A stretch of DNA of 64,000 nucleotides, taken from the NCBI GenBank assembly GCA_034422595.1, contig DAOUJO010000003.1, positions 197,761 through 261,760 of the forward strand, read 5' to 3'. A model generated the notes under the pieces. It had not been told where the DNA came from. It did not search any database and saw nothing but the letters and a program-made list of their open reading frames with translations. Positions 60,560-64,000 of this stretch are shown here, in pieces; the stretch's first letter is position 1; each line of letters starts with the position of its first letter. Source of the stretch: Dehalococcoidia bacterium. Lineage in GTDB: Bacteria; Chloroflexota; Dehalococcoidia; Lucifugimonadales; Australimonadaceae. The position numbers and the translations under genes are program-made.

Positions 60560-61537
60560 TCAGCCTCCGAGCGCTGCGCTCAGCGCGGAAGCGTCGACGC
60601 ACTCCCGGGCCATCGCTCCGGCGCGCTCCGCCTTCGCCGCGTGATGAACGCTCACCGCGTCGCTCAGCGACTCCAGCGCCGCCGCCGTGTCGTGCGTGTT
60701 CGAGCCCACCGCGATGAGCGGCACGTCCAGGTCGTCCGCGCGCTGGTACACGTACTGCGACGGCGTCTCGCACCCCGTCAGGAAGAGCGCGTTCAGCGGG
60801 AAGTTCAGCGCGCTCATCTGGATGTCGATCCGCCCCCCGCGCACGACGACCGCCTGGTTCGGCAGCCGCCCGAAGTAGTTGCCGCCCCACTCCGTGATGA
60901 GCCCGCCGATGAGGAAGTGCTCGATGAGCTCGCCGCCGCCATCCTCGCCCGCGAAGTACGTGCCGCCCAGGTGCTCGGTCGCCTGCTGCACCGTCGGCGC
61001 GAGCAGTAGCCGCTCCTCCGGCAGCACGCCGAGCACCGGCATCCCCGCGTCTTCCAGCTCGACCGCCAACCGCGCCGAGGCGTCGTGCTCCGCGTAGCGG
61101 GACCGCTTGTTCACGACGCACCCCGCGAGCGACTCGCCGAACGCGTCGCGCCATACTCCGGCTGCCGCCGCGCCGAGCGTACGCTCGTACTCCAGCACCG
61201 CGACCACCGCCGCGCCCGTGTTCCGCGCCAACTCGGCCTCTCCACCTTCTCCAAGGCCCGGCCCCTCCACCACGACCACGTCGGCGCTCGACGCGGCGCC
61301 CTGTACGATCCTGGCCGCCTCCGCCACCTGCGCCGCCGACGGGGCGCCCTCGGCCTCGACCGTCTCCGCCGAGCCGCCCAGCGACGCCAGGAACGCCGGG
61401 TCCGCGTCGCCCGCTGCCGACAGCGGCTTCACGAGCGTCACGCGCTTCCCTTGCGACCGCAGCACCGCCGCGAGCCCGCAGGCGACCGTCGTCGCGCCCG
61501 CTCCCGGCCGTGCCCCTGCAATCTGCACCACGCTCAT
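60560..61537 (-). CDS. DTBS/CobQ-like P-loop domain plus DRTGC domain protein (Pta N-terminal-like)
   Basis: MSVVQIAGARPGAGATTVACGLAAVLRSQGKRVTLVKP... then ...LIGGLITEW...AVVVRGGRIDIQMSAL...LFLTGCETPS... ATG at 61537 after GAGGGAGGA. The track extension to 62074 crosses repeats and was rejected. Confidence 0.65.
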   Translation of the reverse strand: MSVVQIAGARPGAGATTVACGLAAVLRSQGKRVTLVKPLSAAGDADPAFLASLGGSAETVEAEGAPSAAQVAEAARIVQGAASSADVVVVEGPGLGEGGEAELARNTGAAVVAVLEYERTLGAAAAGVWRDAFGESLAGCVVNKRSRYAEHDASARLAVELEDAGMPVLGVLPEERLLLAPTVQQATEHLGGTYFAGEDGGGELIEHFLIGGLITEWGGNYFGRLPNQAVVVRGGRIDIQMSALNFPLNALFLTGCETPSQYVYQRADDLDVPLIAVGSNTHDTAAALESLSDAVSVHHAAKAERAGAMARECVDASALSAALGG

Positions 61538-61625
61538 CCTGGCTTCCAGTCCTCCCTCACGGATCGCCGCCGAGTATATCAGCGCCACTACACCGAGCAC
61601 CCTCACCCGCCGCGCAAGCGCGTCG

Positions 61626-61646
61626 ACCTCTCCCAAGGGGAGAGGT
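61626..61646. repeat. perfect 9-bp-stem palindromic unit
   Basis: ACCTCTCCC-AAG-GGGAGAGGT. Confidence 0.7.
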
Positions 61647-61656
61647 GGGCCATACA

Positions 61657-61734
61657 GGGCATCCACGAGGGATGCCCCTACACCGGGCACCCGAGAGATG
61701 CTTCGACTCCGCTGCGCTCCGCTCAGCATGACAG
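61657..61734. repeat. 78-bp repeat, copy A (hairpin GGGCATCC-ACGAG-GGATGCCC plus a GAGATGCTTCG...AGCATGACAG module)
   Basis: Matches 63617..63694 in direct orientation at 73 of 78 positions. All 5 differences are transitions. Confidence 0.9.
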
Positions 61735-61783
61735 GCACCACTCCCCACACCACACCACCGTGTGCGCTGCCCGCGCACCCTGG

Positions 61784-61803
61784 ATTCCCGCCGGTGCGGG
61801 AAT
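61784..61803. repeat. palindromic unit ATTCCCGC-CGGT-GCGGGAAT
   Basis: 8-bp perfect stem with a 4-nt loop, followed by GAC. It resembles REP-like units that create spurious short ORFs. Confidence 0.7.
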
Positions 61804-61821
61804 GACGAGGTTGGCGGCGGA

Positions 61822-61981
61822 TATCAAGGGTGCCAATGGGGGCTCTCATCTGGCACTCTTGATGCGATCCCAAGAGCGAACCGGCCACGTCATCTGGCAT
61901 CCTTGAGATTCTTGAGTCTGGGTTTTTCAAGGCCGTGGCCTGCTTCCCGGGCTCCAGAGCATCAAGAATCTCAAGAGTGCC
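61822..61981. repeat. four copies of a TGGCA(C/T)(C/T)CTTGA-type motif in both orientations (iteron- or operator-like), including a 22-nt inverted repeat
   Basis: atcaagggtgcca (61822, reverse), tggcactcttgatg (61851), tggcatccttgagattcttgag (61895) and catcaagaatctcaagagtgcca (61959, reverse). The last two are inverted copies with 3 mismatches. Confidence 0.75.
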
Positions 61982-61988
61982 AGTGTTT

Positions 61989-63509
61989 TCAAGTTTGTGC
62001 GTCATCGTCCGGTGTCTCATCCTGTTCCAAAGTGTTGCGCGGTGGCAGCGACCAGCGCCATTCACCCGCTCCATGAGCCCCGCCGGGTACGCTCACACGA
62101 GTGCATACGACGTCACAGGCGGCGCGGGCGCGGAAGAGGGTGCGCCGGGATATGCCCAACATGGCGGCTTCGCGCTCGACCTCGGCGGCGGGGCGGGGGC
62201 AGTCAGCCAAGGCGCGCATGAGGAACGTCTGTGCAGCGCGTACCTTCGCACCGTCGTTGTGGCGGGGTTCGGCGAGAGCCTTCACATGGGCGGGGAAGAC
62301 GGGTTTACGCCAGGCGACGGTACAGTCTTCGGCGGCGGGAAGGACGAAGGGGATGGCCGGGGCGTCGTCGCTCATTGCAGGACGGAGCGGGACGAGGAAG
62401 CGCCTCTCGGCGGGTCCCACGACGGCGGTGGTGAAGACGACGGACGCCTGGGGGAGGCGGCGTTGCATGGCTGTGACGGCGCGGGGGTAGTTCGGCGCAG
62501 GGTTGTGGGTGAGGGCTATCACGGCTGCGCCGGAACGGGCAGCGAGGGCCTTGAGCATGCCGAGGACCGTCGTCACGTGGGCGCGGTGCATCGAGGCGAG
62601 GTCTTCCACCTGGTCGACGACGAGGAGGGCGGCGCTGCCTGCGTCGATGAAGTTGGCGAGCCGCTTCATGACGTGGTTGAGGCCCGGCCAAGGCGCGATG
62701 GTATCCGAGGCGTTCGGCGCCGGCTCCGGCCATCGCGGAGCGGGGAGCCTGATGCCGTACGGCCTTCGGCGGGGAGCGTCCTCGTCGTCGAAGTCATCGT
62801 CATCATCGAAATCGTCATCGTCCTCGTAGTCCGGGCCGTCCTCCGGGGGCGGGTCGTCCGGGTGGTAGTCGATAGGGTGCTTAGGCGAGAGGAGGTCTGC
62901 GAGGTAGGTGCGTTCCAGGTCTGCGCCGAAGAGGCGGAGGGTAGGGAGGACGTCGGCCTTCGGGTTGCCGTTCAGGAGGGCGAGAACGACGGGGGCGCAG
63001 GGGAAGGCGGCGTCCGGCTGATCGGGCGCGGCTGCGCCGCGTGAGACGCGGGCGGCGATGTCCAAGGCGATGGAGGTCTTGCCGGATGAGGGATAGCCGG
63101 CGATGAGGGTGAGCTTGCCGAGTGGGACGCGGTTTGGCCATAGCCAGTCCGGAGGCTGCTGGATGAAGAAGTTGAAGGGCTGAAGTCCTGCCGCCTGAGC
63201 GCCGCTGGAGGTGTAGAACTCCGATGCCGGCGCGAGGCCGCGTTTGGCGAGGGCGTCCATGACGCGGTCGGGTGGACAGACGAGGCATCGGAAGGAGAAG
63301 CCGCCTTCCGGGTCGTAGACGATGGTAAGGGTCGGGGCCTCGGCGTGGCTGTGGGAGGGGCAGTGGAGCATGGGGCCGTCTGCGCAGCCGCAGCCTGGTA
63401 CGCCGCATCGGAGGGCGCGGGTGAGGCGGTCGGCGTATGCCCTGTCGTGCGGTGGGAGGGTGTCGGGCGATATGTAGTTGTCAGGCGCGGGTGCGGGTTG
63501 AATAGCCAT
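61989..63509 (-). CDS. mobile-element-type replication protein: N-terminal primase-like zinc finger, RepA/AAA_25-like P-loop ATPase, C-terminal HTH
   Basis: ...LHCPSHSHAEAPTLTIVYDPEGGFSFRCLVCPPDRVMDAL... is a CHC2-like finger. The Walker A is LIAGYPSSGKTS. The tail ...AAMLGISRRTLFRARAA... is an HTH. ATG at 63509 preferred over the track TTG at 63545. Confidence 0.65.
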   Translation of the reverse strand: MAIQPAPAPDNYISPDTLPPHDRAYADRLTRALRCGVPGCGCADGPMLHCPSHSHAEAPTLTIVYDPEGGFSFRCLVCPPDRVMDALAKRGLAPASEFYTSSGAQAAGLQPFNFFIQQPPDWLWPNRVPLGKLTLIAGYPSSGKTSIALDIAARVSRGAAAPDQPDAAFPCAPVVLALLNGNPKADVLPTLRLFGADLERTYLADLLSPKHPIDYHPDDPPPEDGPDYEDDDDFDDDDDFDDEDAPRRRPYGIRLPAPRWPEPAPNASDTIAPWPGLNHVMKRLANFIDAGSAALLVVDQVEDLASMHRAHVTTVLGMLKALAARSGAAVIALTHNPAPNYPRAVTAMQRRLPQASVVFTTAVVGPAERRFLVPLRPAMSDDAPAIPFVLPAAEDCTVAWRKPVFPAHVKALAEPRHNDGAKVRAAQTFLMRALADCPRPAAEVEREAAMLGISRRTLFRARAACDVVCTRVSVPGGAHGAGEWRWSLPPRNTLEQDETPDDDAQT

Positions 63510-63616
63510 GCACCCATCGTAGGGAGGGGTGTGGCGTCTGCGCAACGGGCGCGTGTCACTAAATCAACATCGATGGACAGGATGGGGGAGCGACAGGCTC
63601 ACCATGAGCGGGGCAA

Positions 63617-63694
63617 GGGCACCCACAAGGGATGCCCCTACACCAAGCACCCGAGAGATGCTTCGACTCCGCTGTGCTCCGCTCAGCATGACAG
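63617..63694. repeat. 78-bp repeat, copy B
   Basis: See copy A at 61657..61734. Confidence 0.9.
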
Positions 63695-63732
63695 CCCTCC
63701 CGCGCCGCGCACCGGAGCACCCCTGGATGCGG

Positions 63733-63762
63733 TTGACAGTATCTATCGAATGATGATATATC
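63733..63762 (+). promoter_or_regulatory. possible promoter of the PadR gene
   Basis: TTGACA (63733..63738), then an 18-nt spacer, then TATATC (63757..63762). Confidence 0.35.
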
Positions 63763-63794
63763 GCTATCCGGTATATCGGCATACGGTATATCGC
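63755..63794 (+). promoter_or_regulatory. three direct repeats of (G/A)TATATCG(C/G) between the -10 and the RBS (candidate operator)
   Basis: gatatatcgc (63755), ggtatatcggc (63770) and ggtatatcgc (63785), at 15-nt spacing. Confidence 0.35.
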
Positions 63795-63813
63795 ATCAGT
63801 GTTTGCAGAAGGA

Positions 63814-64000
63814 ATGGAACCTTCTTCTTCAGGCAGGTCTGCAGTGACAACGTCGAACCGAACGCCTTCGGACTTGCTTCCCTTACCAGCCTCCCAGTTG
63901 CACATCCTGCTCGCCCTGGCCACCGGCGAGAACCACGGCTACGCAATCATGAAGGAGATAGAGGCGTTCACCGGCGGAGCGGTCACCATGGGGCCGGGCA
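63814..64000 (+). CDS. PadR family transcriptional regulator (N-terminal part; continues beyond the window)
   Basis: Absent from the ORF track because it is open-ended. ATG at 63814 after AGAAGGA. MEPSSSGRSAVTTSNRTPSDLLPLPASQLHILLALATGENHGYAIMKEIEAFTGGAVTMGPG matches the PadR winged-helix signature (L.LL....HGY.I...I). Confidence 0.7.
   Translation, partial: MEPSSSGRSAVTTSNRTPSDLLPLPASQLHILLALATGENHGYAIMKEIEAFTGGAVTMGPG

Larger units (their letters stand above)
61657..63694. mobile_element. candidate repeat-bounded insertion / remnant of an integrative or plasmid-derived element
   Basis: Direct 78-bp repeats bracket one replication-type gene plus an iteron-like block. The flanks (61740..61990 and 63720..63830) are locally AT-richer. 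No integrase or transposase is seen inside the window. Confidence 0.35.

Noticed and set aside
61107-61805. ORFs crossing the repeat units (61107..61805, 61510..61731, 61557..61778, 63529..63753, 63564..63923, and the 5' part of 60560..62074).
   Set aside because: Their only conserved segments are translations of the palindromic repeats (EMLRLRCAPLSMT / VMLSGAQRSRSISRV). There is no RBS or protein-like composition.
61851-61865. Sigma-54-like element TGGCAC-N5-ATGC (GG and GC spaced as in a -24/-12 promoter).
   Set aside because: No plus-strand gene lies downstream, because the next gene is on the minus strand. The -12 element is imperfect. The sequence is also one member of the repeated TGGCA..CTTGA motif family, which explains it better.

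Overview
Visibly GC-rich bacterial chromosomal window with dense coding on both strands. I call about 65 protein genes. Gene content and synteny suggest a monoderm, Chloroflexota-like organism: a T-box leader, the rpmB / yloV / degV arrangement, and Pro-Thr-linker lipoproteins. The taxon is inference only.

Layout:
- 1-5.6 kb: ilvB-ilvN-ilvC-leuA operon (minus strand) behind a promoter, a Leu (CUC) T-box leader and a terminator.
- 5.7-10.4 kb: trpA-aroH-aroG-ribF-tyrS.
- 10.4-13.8 kb: P-type ATPase plus an RCK K+-channel-like gene.
- 13.9-21.8 kb: cupin / DUF2848 / hydrolase / MFS accessory block.
- 23.1-35.8 kb: catabolic island. It holds Rieske dioxygenase alpha/beta, a LigB-type extradiol dioxygenase, three amidohydrolase_2 proteins, a D-aminoacylase-like protein, a maleate-isomerase-like protein, a nucleoside hydrolase, two NAD(P) oxidoreductases and a SnoaL-like protein.
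- 35.9-38.4 kb: large exported protein with two seven-bladed RCC1-like propellers joined by long Pro-Thr linkers.
- 38.5-40.7 kb: tsaB-tsaE-thiL.
- 40.8-42.3 kb: DUF3179 lipoprotein interrupted by a single in-frame TGA at the first Cys of its CxxC motif (selenocysteine candidate or pseudogene).
- 42.5-45.2 kb: a second Rieske oxygenase plus an MmgE/PrpD protein.
- 45.3-61.5 kb: housekeeping genes (rpsP-KH-rimM, yebC, ndk, rsfS, mnmA, rnhB, yraN, degV, yloV, rpmB, lysC, thrB, gyrA and others).
- 61.6-64.0 kb: repeat-rich accessory end. Two 78-bp direct repeats flank a zinc-finger / RepA-like P-loop / HTH gene. Iteron-like inverted motifs lie beside it, and a partial PadR gene follows.

No rRNA, tRNA or CRISPR array was recognised. 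Many long ORF-track entries are antisense shadow ORFs typical of GC-rich DNA and were not called.
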